Source: Alphaproteobacteria bacterium
Lineage (GTDB): Bacteria; Pseudomonadota; Alphaproteobacteria; MPNO01; UBA830
Reading direction: 5' to 3'
Length of the DNA stretch: 64,000 nt
NCBI GenBank assembly: GCA_965243135.1
Contig: OZ251539.1
Span: forward strand, 64,001-128,000
The position numbers were made by a program, and so were the translations under genes. Positions 21,994 through 32,229 of this stretch are shown in pieces. The notes beneath the pieces are model-generated. The model worked only from the letters and a program-made list of their open reading frames with translations. It had not been told where the DNA came from and did not search any database. Within the stretch, counting starts at the first letter, position 1; each line of letters opens with the position of its first letter.

Positions 21994-22150
21994 GTTCGCC
22001 GCAGAACACCTCGACGCGGACGGCGAAGCATGCCGCCCGGTCGTCCGCCTCCAACGCTTCCAGAATCGCCGTCATGGGCGCCCGACGAACTTTGCGGAGA
22101 GACGCTTAACCCGTAATCGCCTTGCTGTCACCCGTTGCGGTCGAGCGGCC
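21994..22150. repeat. Imperfect ~157-bp direct repeat, copy 2 (truncated GNAT 5' end)
   Basis: Encodes MTAILEALEADDRAACFAVRVEVFCGE, versus MTTILEALEADDRAACFAIRVEVFCGE in the intact gene. Confidence 0.9.
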
Positions 22151-22427
22151 CGTCCGCCCCGTCTGCCGGCCGTCGCGGCCGGACGCCCGCCAATCCGGAA
22201 TTGCCGAACAGGCCGGGTTCGCTTGCGCCGCCCGGAAGAATTGCAGGGAAAGACATTTCCCGCGTCGGCGCGCTCCCGGGGGCGACAGCGGCGCGAATGC
22301 CTGTCTCGCGAAACGCGCTCTCGACGCGAAGGGGCGAAGTTCCGCTTGCAGGCACGACCGCGACCAAATTCGGATAGGTCGTAAAATAGTCGTGACTATT
22401 CGACGACGACATCGATAATGGTCGATC

Positions 22428-23622
22428 ATGAAGTTGCCGCGGATATACGATTCCCTGCTGGTCGAACATCTTGCGAACCATCGGCAAATGGCGTTTGTCG
22501 GCGGTCCCCGGCAGGTGGGCAAAACCGCCACTTGCAGGCTTCGCGCCGACATCTGCATCGACTGGGACGACATCGACGACCGGGAGCGCGTCCTCGCTGG
22601 TCCGGGACGCTTTGCCGACAGGCTCAAACTCGACCGACCGTCCGGAACCGTCCCCGTAGTTCTGTTCGACGGATTGCACAGATTTCCGCGTTGGAAGCAG
22701 TTCCTGAAAGGCTTTTTCGACGTTCATGCCGACCGGGTGCGGGTCGTGGCGACAGGCGACAGTCGAATGGACGTCCACCGCGGCGGCGGCGGCCTGACGG
22801 GACGCTATTTTTCCTATCGAATGCATCCGTTTTCCGTCGCGGAGACCGTAACGCAGGAACTCCCGGACAGCGAGTGGGTTGTCCGTCCGCCGCGGCAGGC
22901 GGACGATTTCGACGTCCTCTGGCGCTACGGCGGTTATCCGGAGCCGTTTATCAAACGCGACGCCCGCTTCAGCCGCCGCTGGCGATCGCTCCGGTTCGAG
23001 CAATTGGCCAGGAACGACATTCGCGACTTCACCCGAGTCCAGCAGCTCGGCCAAATAGAAGTCATGGTCCGGTGGCTGTCCGGACGTTCGGGGCAGAAGT
23101 TGGTCTACGGCAATCTTGCGAAGCAGGTGCGGGTGGCTGTCGACACCGTCCGCCGCTGGGTCGCCGCGCTGTGCGATCTTCATCTGGGATTTATCGTCAG
23201 GCCGTGGTTCAAGAGCGTCCCGCGATCCCTCCGCAAGGAACCGAAGTGGTATCTGCGGGATTGGGCTTCCATCGGAGAGCCGGCCAGCGGGCCGAGACTG
23301 TCGTCGCCTGCCATCTCCTGAAGGCGGTCGAAGGCTGGAACGATATGGGCTTCGGAGTTTTCGAGCTCGGCTACCTGCGCGACAAGGAAAAGCGGGAGGT
23401 CGATTTCCTGGTGGCGCGCGACGGCGCGCCCTGGTTTCTCGTAGAGGTGAAGCTCCGCGACGAGTCGATGAGCGCTTCTTTGAAACATTACCAGGATCAG
23501 GTCGGAGCGCCGTTCGCGTTTCAGGCGACGATGGACGCCGAGTACGTGGACGAAGACTGCTTCGCCAGGCCGGGCCTCCGTTGATCGTTCCCGTCCGCAC
23601 CCTCCTGTCTCAATTGCTGTGA
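22428..23622 (+). pseudogene. AAA ATPase + DUF4143 protein, frameshifted
   Basis: Walker A GGPRQVGKT and GGYPEP in one frame; ETVVACHL..EKREVDFL..LVEVK (PD-D/ExK-like) in a second; LIVPVRTLLSQLL* in a third. Confidence 0.8.
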
Positions 23623-24666
23623 TGGCGCAGGGTCCTTCGGCAGCCGCCCTCCGTCCGGCCGTCGACAAGGGCCGCGGAAGCGGATTCCGCTCGAAGCCTC
23701 GGCAATCGAGGCGAACCGGCGGCACGCCGAGCCGCCGGTCCGAAAGCCGTCCAAGCTGCCGGGTTCGAACGCGTCGGCCAGACTCGCTTCGGTTCGACGC
23801 ATGTTTCGTCCGCACGAGACGCGGCTTGCCGTCGAGGAAACAAAATACGCCGCTTCGTCGATCCCGATGCTCGACAATCGTCGATCTTCTTATCGAAGCG
23901 GGACGACATTCGTCGAAAATCTGAGGAAAGTTGGAATCAGAACTTTGGTTCTCTCTCGAAGGTCCGTGAACGATATTTCTGATGGGTGTACGTCAGATTT
24001 GTTATGCTGCCCGCTGCTCCCAAAAGTTCTCGAAGCGGCAACGCTTGCGCGCTCCGCTCCCGGCGTCTCAGGCGAAGAACTCGTCATCGTGGCTGTGTCC
24101 GCCACTAGCGACGGCCGCAACCTCACGCTTCGATGAAGTGCGGCAGCGCCATCGCCCGCCGCATCGATGCTCCGGTTTTACTCGCCGTGATGGCGACCTC
24201 GATTCACGGGGATCCAGAGGCCGCACGGCCGAACCGCTGGCCGAGGAACCTCGGCTTCATGCGAACGCCCTGCGCGCCGATCCTCCGCGCATCGGAGATT
24301 GTTGCGCTCCATGACCCGGCAAACGGCCGTAGGCGCCCAAACATCGCTCCGCAGCGGATCGACAAGGGCGTCGTCCGTGAAGTCCGGCCGCGCCCATTTC
24401 TTCTTGACGCACGGTCCGCAGTCTCCGCCTGCGTCGCCCTGCGAACGTCGAGACCCTTGCTCCGGCTCTCGTCGGCATACGGCATCGTCTCTCCCGGTTC
24501 GACGCGTAACTCGCTCCGAGCCGCAGGCCGCAAAAATCGTCCCGCGAACCGAAAATTTTTTCGCGACGCCGTATCGCTCATGGGGACGTAGCCTGATTGA
24601 GCGCACCAATCGGTTGGTCCACCGGCAATTCCCGAAGCCGATTAGATTTCCCGATTCCTCGTAAAG

Positions 24667-25668
24667 TCAGATATTCCAGCCGCGAAGCGCGTTTGCGGTT
24701 TCGACAAAGCGATTGGCCGGTCGGTCACGCCTGTCGGGCGGCAAAGAGAGGAGGGGGCGCAGCGTGGTTTCGAACCCGTCAAGACCGCCATCGTGTCTTG
24801 ATTCTCTTAGCTCCTCAACCATGTCTTGATTGACGTGAATCCGATATCGGGAATCGAATGTGACAAAAGCTCGGTCAAAAGCGCGATGATGCAGAACGCA
24901 CAAGGCAACGCCGTTGTCGGTTCCGTCCGTGCTGTCGGGATGTGACGCCGGAAGCACATGCGCTCCGTCAATGAGCCGTAGCTGAATGCCGCACATGGCG
25001 CAACTGTGATTGTAAGCAGTGAGCACCCGCTTTCGAAACCCGATATCCCGTAACGCGCGTTTCGTAGAAATCACGGCATAACTGCGCGGCGCCGCCACCT
25101 CGTCCGTAACTTCACTATCATCGACGTTTTCGGGTTCCTGCCCAATTCGGCTTAGCATTCTTATCTCGCTGTCTTCGTGGCCACAGCCGTGGAGTTCTTC
25201 CAAATTGTCGGCGTAGGAAACGAGAAAATCGGGCCGAAAAGCAATAGCCAATTCGTTGTTGCCCTTGTTATGAGGCGCGAATCCGTCGATAACGGCTTGA
25301 TGCAGTACAGCCTCGCGAAGCTGAATTGAAGGCGAAGCGCCAAGTTCGTCGCGATGTCTGGCAAAGTCGAAACCCGCAAATACGCCCAACTCATCCTGCC
25401 AACCGAGAATCAGCGTTTTGCTTCCGGCAATCCGCCGGAAGCGCTCGACACCGGTTACCTGAATACGCCATTCGTCGTCCGGCCGGTTTCGTCCCCCCGA
25501 AGTCAGGTTCCAAATATAGACGCCTACCTGATAGCTCCGGTCGTCTCGATAAATCTGATATCGCGCTGGATGATCTCCTGGACGAGAAAGGTAGAGAAAG
25601 TTCCACCCGCTTTCGCGGATCGCCCTTTCCACAACGTTGAGCAGCTGTCGTTTGGCGAGCCGCGCCAT
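24667..25668 (-). CDS. HNH endonuclease with an uncharacterised N-terminal domain (putative restriction endonuclease)
   Basis: C-terminal FRKRVLTAYNHSCAMCG..DGAHV..NGVALCVLHHRAFD; immediately downstream of a DNA MTase on the same strand. Confidence 0.88.
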   Translation of the reverse strand: MARLAKRQLLNVVERAIRESGWNFLYLSRPGDHPARYQIYRDDRSYQVGVYIWNLTSGGRNRPDDEWRIQVTGVERFRRIAGSKTLILGWQDELGVFAGFDFARHRDELGASPSIQLREAVLHQAVIDGFAPHNKGNNELAIAFRPDFLVSYADNLEELHGCGHEDSEIRMLSRIGQEPENVDDSEVTDEVAAPRSYAVISTKRALRDIGFRKRVLTAYNHSCAMCGIQLRLIDGAHVLPASHPDSTDGTDNGVALCVLHHRAFDRAFVTFDSRYRIHVNQDMVEELRESRHDGGLDGFETTLRPLLSLPPDRRDRPANRFVETANALRGWNI

Positions 25669-25695
25669 GTCATGGAACTCCGAGGAAGCGCAAGA

Positions 25696-26964
25696 TTATT
25701 CCGCCGCAAATCGCGGCACGGGCTTCGCTTCCGGTTTTGTCGCAGGCTGCGGCTTGTCCGATGTCCGCTCACGCCTGATACCGCCATTGTGAATCAAGGG
25801 AACCTCGTCCTCGCTCACAGGGATGGAGCAGGGAGGACTAATCGAGTAAGCCACGGACTTGTTTCTCCCGCTTGGACGCGGATTCGGTTCGAATCGAACT
25901 ACCGCGCCCTTGAGAAACTCTTCTTCCAATTCGCAACAAACCCATCTGCGGCCAAGATGTTCGGCAACGGCGCCGGTGACGCAGGAACCGGCAAACGGAT
26001 CAAGAACCAGATCGCCGGGATCGGTCAACATCCGGATAAAATATTCCGGCACTTCTTCGGGGTAACGCGCGGGATGGATCGGATAATCGTTCTTTCGACA
26101 GTAATCTTGATAGCGTCCATTCGATTCGGTGTTGGCTACTGCGAGCAGATTTGGCGGGACGGAACCGCCGTTATCTCTGCCAAACTTGTCCGAGATATGA
26201 TGTCCGGAAGGACGAAGTTTAGCCGTGTAGCCGTTCTTCAGCAAATCGCGCATGGACGCGCTGTACGGCGCGAGAACGCGGCGGTTACTAGCTTTAGGCC
26301 ATGGCGTAAGGGACAGCCACCAGATGCAATTCACGGCGTCCTTCACTCGTACCCGGCGCACGTTGACCCACTCCGCTGGCGTCGGAAGTTTCGACGGGTT
26401 CCACCAATAGTGTTCCTGACATAAATGGAAACCGTATTCTTCGCATAACATCAGCAGCAATTCAAAGTGATAGAGCGAACGAGTCGGCGTTCCTGGCCTC
26501 CACGCGCCGCCGATATCGATCACCAAGCTTCCGCCTTTCTTGAGCACCCTCCGGAAACCTTCCGCAAACGGACGAAACCAGTCGCAGTAACGGTGAGAAT
26601 CCTCATTGCCGTAGGTCTTCTTGCGAACAAGGCCGAAAGGCGGCGAAGTCATGATCAGGTCCACCGAATCTTCGGCGGTCCCGTTGAAAAGATAACACAG
26701 AGCTTCGCCGCAAAGTATCGTTCCTAACCGAGTTTCATGGTAGTTCCGGATTCCGTCAGACGGATACGCTTCCGCCACGTCGGATCTTGCGCGCTTTGCT
26801 GGATCGGCGCCCACCATGGCGAGGGCATGCAAATGGCGCAGATACTCGCTAAGGGAATCCACGCCGTAGCGTTCGGCGGCTAATTCCATTTCCGCTCGTT
26901 CGTCAGCGGTCAAACGAACATTAACAAACGCGTTTCCCCGATTACCGGCTTTCAGTCGAGACAT
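25696..26964 (-). CDS. Beta-class DNA methyltransferase (m4C/m6A, M.PvuII-like) with an N-terminal ribbon-helix-helix-like extension
   Basis: Motif IV TSPPF precedes motif I DPFAGS; HPARYP; N-terminus VNVRLTADERAEMELAAERYGVDSLSEYLR. Confidence 0.88.
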   Translation of the reverse strand: MSRLKAGNRGNAFVNVRLTADERAEMELAAERYGVDSLSEYLRHLHALAMVGADPAKRARSDVAEAYPSDGIRNYHETRLGTILCGEALCYLFNGTAEDSVDLIMTSPPFGLVRKKTYGNEDSHRYCDWFRPFAEGFRRVLKKGGSLVIDIGGAWRPGTPTRSLYHFELLLMLCEEYGFHLCQEHYWWNPSKLPTPAEWVNVRRVRVKDAVNCIWWLSLTPWPKASNRRVLAPYSASMRDLLKNGYTAKLRPSGHHISDKFGRDNGGSVPPNLLAVANTESNGRYQDYCRKNDYPIHPARYPEEVPEYFIRMLTDPGDLVLDPFAGSCVTGAVAEHLGRRWVCCELEEEFLKGAVVRFEPNPRPSGRNKSVAYSISPPCSIPVSEDEVPLIHNGGIRRERTSDKPQPATKPEAKPVPRFAAE

Positions 26965-26990
26965 GCACCCTCCAGTATCGTATCGGCACA

Positions 26991-27638
26991 CTAGCGCAGC
27001 GGTTTTCGTGCGACAAGTAGAATCTGCGCCGATGGCCGCAAGAATTCTGTGAATAGGCGCAATGTCTCGCCGCCCCTCGCGCGCATTTGGAGCATCCGCA
27101 AGAGATGCGGAGGTCGCAGCCTTCCTAGTGGATTGCTCGGGGTCGGCGGCAACGGGAGCGGAACGCCGGCAACCGTTTCAGCCTCCAGCCGATCGCGGGA
27201 CGGAACGGCGTTGAGCATCGCGACAACCGGTTTCGCGGTGACCGGCGCCGGCGGCGATCGCGCGCGGGCCGAACGGCGCCAGCCTGCAAGGGATGAGGAA
27301 CAGTTCCGCCACCCGCTCAGCCGCCGCTCGTTGCGCCGCACCTGCAAGACTTCCAGCCGCTTCGCCGCCGCCTTGACCGTCAGGTAGATGATCGGCCGGT
27401 TGCCGCGCGTCCAATCCTCGTCGCGGGTGAATTTCAGGAACATTCGGAAATGCGCCGGCAGCGCATCGGCCCAGCCCCTCCTTCCTCCCGACTTCGTCCA
27501 GGCGTTCCGTGAGGTCGAACCACGGGACAGCGGGCCGTCGAACGAATCGGCCGCGCGCTCGGCCATGTAGCGAGGCTTCGACTGTCCGCGCCGGGCGCTC
27601 GGGTTGTCGCTGCGCACCGCAGCGTCGCTTGTTTTCAT
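26991..27638 (-). pseudogene. RepC (repABC-type plasmid replication initiator) remnant
   Basis: FLKFTRDEDWTRGNRPIIYLTV...QVRRNERRL resembles the RepC N-terminal DW..G.RPI....RR.E..L segment; the rest is degenerate. Confidence 0.55.
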
Positions 27639-27666
27639 GGTCGAATAAAGCGAGACGTCTCCTTGA

Positions 27667-28391
27667 TCACGAATGAGCGATCCGCAAGCGTTTCGAGTCG
27701 GGGAATTCGTCCCAGGTTCTGCCGTCCAGCCTTCTCCCGCCCGACTTGGGGCGCGCGCCGCCCCACTGCTTGAAGAAGAACGCGGTTTCGCGGCCGCTGC
27801 ATTGATCGCGCAGCTCTCGCGCCCATTCGGGTTCCATCGGCCGCGCTCCCGGACCGCTTTCGCCTCCGACGATCGCCCAGGCGATGCCGTCGAGATCGAT
27901 CGGACCGACAGGGTCGAGCAGCGGCTCGAACGAAACGAACCGGACGGCCGCCGGCGTTCGTTTCAAGTGCTCCAGCCGCCCGGCGCGCTCGCGGTTCTCG
28001 ATCGACGCGCCGAGCCTGGCCCGGCGCTCCGGTTTCGCCGTACCGCCGACGGACATAGCCGCGCATGCGGGACGAACGCTTGGTCAACGCCTGATAGACG
28101 TGTCGCGATGTCCGCTCCATGGCTTCGAACACCTGGTCCACGAACGCCTCCGGCACCCGCTTGTGGAAAAGGTCGCTCATCGAGTTGACGAATATCCGCT
28201 TCGGCTTGCGCCAGCGTTCCGGCGCAGCGAGCCGGCCATAGCTTCAGATCGAAACCCTGCTGATGGCCCTCGACGCCGCGCCAGCGCTCGGCGAATCGGG
28301 CCGCGTAGCAATTGTCGCAGCCGGGGCCGATCTTCGTGCACCCCGTCATCCACGTCGCGTCGGTCCATTCGATTTGCGTCGCTTGCGCCAT
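27667..28391 (-). pseudogene. DUF5131 / phage Gp37Gp68 family protein, frameshifted
   Basis: IEWTDATW..TGCTKIGPGCDNCYA, SDLFH..LTKR and VSFEPLL..IVGGESG..FFFKQWGG are spread over three frames. Confidence 0.88.
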
Positions 28392-28724
28392 TTCGATGTT
28401 TGTTCTATGTTTGTTCTCTTCCGGCGCCAACGGTATTTTATCGCCGCCCTCCTGACTGTCGGGACGACGAACCCGGCGGCCGAACGGGCCGACGGCCCGG
28501 GAACGCGCTCGTCCGCGAAATTTTCCGGGCGCGGACCAGTGAGCGAAACCGGGCGCCGGGAATGACGTCGGCGCCGGAAAACAGGGCGTCTTGCGCGCGC
28601 GCCGGAGCTTGCTCCGCCGGTTCCGACGCGGCGCTCGCGGCCGGCGGGCGGGACTCGTTCGTATCGTGGACGCGGCGCGGCGGCGCGGCTATGTTCTCGC
28701 TCGGACAATCGCTACGGGATTCCA

Positions 28725-29282
28725 ATGAAGCTTTTCGTATTTTCCGCATCCCTGCGCCGGGAATCGCTCAACGCCCGGCTCGCGCGGCTGATCGCCCGCA
28801 TCGCCCGGAACGGCGGTCACGAGGTCGATCTGGCGCGCATCGGCGAATTCGACATGCCGTTCTACGATTTCGACGTCCAGCAGGAATCCGGCATTCCCGC
28901 GGCTGCCGCCGCGCTTGCCGACCGCATGACCGCCGCCGACGGAATGGTCCTTTGTTCGCCCGAATACAACTGGCTGCCGCCGGCCGCCGTCAAGAACGCG
29001 GTCGACTGGCTGTCGCGCATTCAGCCGATGCCGCTTGCGGGTTTGTCGCTCCTCCTGGCCGCCGCTTCGCCGTCGCCGGTCGGCGGCGCGCGCGGCTTGA
29101 TGAGTCTTCGGACGTCGTTCGAGGCGCTCGGCGTCTGGGTCTATCCGAAGACTTTCGCGCTGGCGCAGGCGGGTTCGGCGTTCGACGGCGACGATGGCCT
29201 CGCGGATCCGGACCTCGCGAAGATGCTCGAAGCGTTGACGATGGATTACTGCTCCGGCGCGGCTGCGCTCGCGAACCGTTGA
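28725..29282 (+). CDS. NADPH-dependent FMN reductase
   Basis: Motifs SLRRESLN, SPEYN, KNAVDWLSR, GGARG. Confidence 0.9.
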   Translation: MKLFVFSASLRRESLNARLARLIARIARNGGHEVDLARIGEFDMPFYDFDVQQESGIPAAAAALADRMTAADGMVLCSPEYNWLPPAAVKNAVDWLSRIQPMPLAGLSLLLAAASPSPVGGARGLMSLRTSFEALGVWVYPKTFALAQAGSAFDGDDGLADPDLAKMLEALTMDYCSGAAALANR

Positions 29283-29298
29283 TCCCCGCCGCCGCAGG

Positions 29299-32229
29299 AT
29301 GACAGCCGAAGCCTGGATCGGCGCGCGCTATCCGCGCAAGGAGGATGCCGCCCTGCTCACCGGCGGCGCGCGCTTCATCGACGACCTGGCGCCGGTCGCG
29401 GGAATCCGGCACGCCGCCATCCTGCGATCGAGCCACGCTCATGCCCGAATCGCGTCCGTCGACGTCTCGAAGGCTGCGGCGTTCCCCGGCGTCCGCGACG
29501 TCGTGACCGGCCCCCGGATCGCGGAAGCGATAAAGCCGATTCCCAGCGCCGTTCGCGTGCCGATCGCGTTCTATCCGATCGCGGTGGACAAGGTTCGGTA
29601 CGTGGGGGAGCCGGTCGCGGTGGTCGTCGCCGAGGATCGCTACGTCGCCGAGGACGCGATGGAACTGATCGACGTCGAGTACGACCCGCTGCCTCCGGTC
29701 GCCGATCCGGTCGCGGCGCTGGATGAAGGCGCTCCCCTGCTCCACGAAGAGGTCGGATCCAACCTGGTGCACCGCCGGACGTTTCGCTACGGAGATCCCG
29801 AGGCGGCTTTCGCGCGAGCCGACAGGGTCGTCCGGCTCGACTGGCGCTTCCCCCGCTATTCGTCGACGCCGATGGAGACCTACGGACTCGTCGCGCAGTT
29901 CGAGCGGCATCCCGACCGCTACACCATATGGTCCAACTTCCAGGGTCCGTTCATTCTGCACGCGCTGATGACCGGCGCGCTGGGCGTGCCGGGCAACCGG
30001 CTCCGCCTGGTCACCGCGCCGAACTCCGGCGGCAGCTTCGGCATCAAGCAGGCCATGTTCCCGTACATGGTGCTCATGGCCGCGTGCGCGAGGCTGACGG
30101 AACGGCCGGTGAAGTGGGTCGAGGATCGGCTGGAGCACCTCGTCGGCTCGTCGTCGGCGTCGGACCGGGCGGACTCGGTGGAAGCGGCGTTCGCCTCCGA
30201 CGGCGAACTTCTCGGCCTCAGGTACGGCAATCTCGTCAACGTGGGCGCCTATGTCCGCGCGCCGGAACCGGCGTCGGTCTACCGCATGCATTCCGCGTCC
30301 AACGGTTGCTACCGGGTTCGCGACATCGCCGTCGAAAACCGCCTCGCGGTGACCAACGCCACCCCCGTCGGCCTCAATCGCGGCTACGGCGGACCGCAGT
30401 TCTACTACGCCCTCGAACGCGCGATGGACGCGGGCGCGAAGGAATTGGGGATCGACCCGGCCGAAATCCGCCGGCGCAACTTCGTCCCGCCGGAAGCGTT
30501 TCCCTACGAGGCGCCGGCCGGCGCGACGTACGACTCCGGCGATTACCCGGCGGGCATGGACAAGGCGCTCGAACTGGCGGACTACGAGGCGCTGAAGGCC
30601 GAGCGCGAACGCGCCCGCGCCGAAGGACGGCTGTTCGGCATCGGCCTGGCGGCGGGCATCGAGCCCTCTGGCTCGAACATGGCCTACGTGACTCTCGCCC
30701 AGACCCCGGAGGAACGCAGCCGGGCCGGCGGGCGTTCGGGCGGACTCGGCTCCGCGACGGTCGCCGTCGACCCTTCCGGGTCGGTGACGGTGAGAACCGT
30801 CTCGACGCCGGCGGGACAGGGACACCAGACGGTGGCCGCCCAGGTGGTCGCCGACGCCCTCGGGCTGCGCCCCGACCAGATCGACGTGGTCACCGAAGCC
30901 GATACGCTGACCAGCGCCTGGTCGCTCGCGTCGGGCAACTACGCCAACCGTTTCTCGTCGGTCGTCGTCGGCGCGATCGCGGAGAGCGCGGAAAGGGTCG
31001 CGCGAAAGATTCGGCGGATCGCCGCCGAGAATCTCGAGGTCGCGCCCGAGGACATAGAGCTTGCGGGAGGCGAGGCGCGGGTGGTCGGCGTTCCCGGCAA
31101 GGCGCTGCCGTTGCGCCGCGTCGCCTCGCAGACCCACTGGCACCCTGCCGGCCTGCCCGACGGCATGGAGCCCGGGCTGTTCGAGACCGCGATCCTGAAC
31201 CCGCCCATGCTGGGGGCGCCGGACGACGCCGACCGGGTGGCGAGCGCCGTCACCTTCGGCTACGTGTTCGACCTCGCCGCGGTCGAGATCGACGGGGCGA
31301 CGGGCCGAATCGACGTGCGCAAATACGTTTCCGTCCACGACGTCGGAAACGTGCTGAACGAGCTCGTCGTCGACGGACAGATCTACGGCGGGTTCGCGCA
31401 CGGCCTCGGCGGCGCTCTCATGGAAGAGTTCGTCTACGACGCGGGGGGCAATCCGCAGACCGGCACGTTCGCCGATTACCTTTGCATTACCGCGCCGGAG
31501 GTTCCCGAGCTTGTCGTCGGACACGCCGGCACGCCGTCGCCTCATAACCGGCTCGGCGCGAAGGGGATGGGGGACGGGTCCTCCATGCTGGCGCCGACGG
31601 CCATCGCCAATGCCGCGGCGGACGCTCTCGGACGCTTCGATATCGAGTTGCCGCTTACGCTCGCCAGGACGTGGGCGTTGGCCAACGGCCTGCCCTACGC
31701 GCGGGACGGCGCCGCCCGCGACGCCGCCGCGCCGGCCGGCGGCCTGACCGGCGAAGGGGAGGTGGAGCTGGCGGCGGCGCCGGGCGACGTATGGCGGCTG
31801 CTGCTCGACGCCGAAACGCTGGCGGCCGTCGTGCCCGGTTGCGAAAAGCTCGAACGAACCGGCGAGGACAGCTACGCGGCGCAGGTGACGATCGGCGTCG
31901 CCGGCGTGCGGGGCCGCTACGAGGCGCGGATCGAACTGCGCGACAAGCGGGCGCCGGAGAGCCTGCGGCTGGTCGGCGGGGCGTCGGGCGCGCTGGGTTT
32001 CGGAGAGGGCGAGGGCCTCGTCCGTCTCGAGGACGCGGGCGGCGGCCGCACGCGGCTTCGTTACAGCTATCGCGCCAACGTCGGCGGCAAGGTGGCGGCG
32101 GTCGGGCAGCGCATGCTCGGAACCGTGACCCGAATCCTGATCGGTCAGTTCTTCCGCAATCTCGACCGGCGGCTCGGCGGCGGCCGCGGCGGCAGGTTGC
32201 GCCGCATGTTCGGCGGCGGCGGGCGATGA
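29299..32229 (+). CDS. hmfA: Xanthine dehydrogenase-family molybdoenzyme large subunit with C-terminal CoxG/SRPBCC domain; likely 2-furoyl-CoA dehydrogenase large subunit
   Basis: RKEDAALLTG, GGSFGIK, NRGYGG, GQGH, GAKGMG; CoxG-like tail VPGCEKLE...VGGKVAAVGQRML; operon order matches hmfABCDE. Confidence 0.75.
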   Translation: MTAEAWIGARYPRKEDAALLTGGARFIDDLAPVAGIRHAAILRSSHAHARIASVDVSKAAAFPGVRDVVTGPRIAEAIKPIPSAVRVPIAFYPIAVDKVRYVGEPVAVVVAEDRYVAEDAMELIDVEYDPLPPVADPVAALDEGAPLLHEEVGSNLVHRRTFRYGDPEAAFARADRVVRLDWRFPRYSSTPMETYGLVAQFERHPDRYTIWSNFQGPFILHALMTGALGVPGNRLRLVTAPNSGGSFGIKQAMFPYMVLMAACARLTERPVKWVEDRLEHLVGSSSASDRADSVEAAFASDGELLGLRYGNLVNVGAYVRAPEPASVYRMHSASNGCYRVRDIAVENRLAVTNATPVGLNRGYGGPQFYYALERAMDAGAKELGIDPAEIRRRNFVPPEAFPYEAPAGATYDSGDYPAGMDKALELADYEALKAERERARAEGRLFGIGLAAGIEPSGSNMAYVTLAQTPEERSRAGGRSGGLGSATVAVDPSGSVTVRTVSTPAGQGHQTVAAQVVADALGLRPDQIDVVTEADTLTSAWSLASGNYANRFSSVVVGAIAESAERVARKIRRIAAENLEVAPEDIELAGGEARVVGVPGKALPLRRVASQTHWHPAGLPDGMEPGLFETAILNPPMLGAPDDADRVASAVTFGYVFDLAAVEIDGATGRIDVRKYVSVHDVGNVLNELVVDGQIYGGFAHGLGGALMEEFVYDAGGNPQTGTFADYLCITAPEVPELVVGHAGTPSPHNRLGAKGMGDGSSMLAPTAIANAAADALGRFDIELPLTLARTWALANGLPYARDGAARDAAAPAGGLTGEGEVELAAAPGDVWRLLLDAETLAAVVPGCEKLERTGEDSYAAQVTIGVAGVRGRYEARIELRDKRAPESLRLVGGASGALGFGEGEGLVRLEDAGGGRTRLRYSYRANVGGKVAAVGQRMLGTVTRILIGQFFRNLDRRLGGGRGGRLRRMFGGGGR

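Noticed and set aside
23623-24660. Short ORFs between the AAA pseudogene and the HNH gene
   Set aside because: No recognisable motifs in any listed frame; probably decayed island DNA, so left uncalled.
29299-32229. Aerobic CO dehydrogenase CoxL
   Set aside because: The active-site loop reads NRGYGG rather than AYxCSFR; the adjacent CoA ligase and crotonase fit Hmf.
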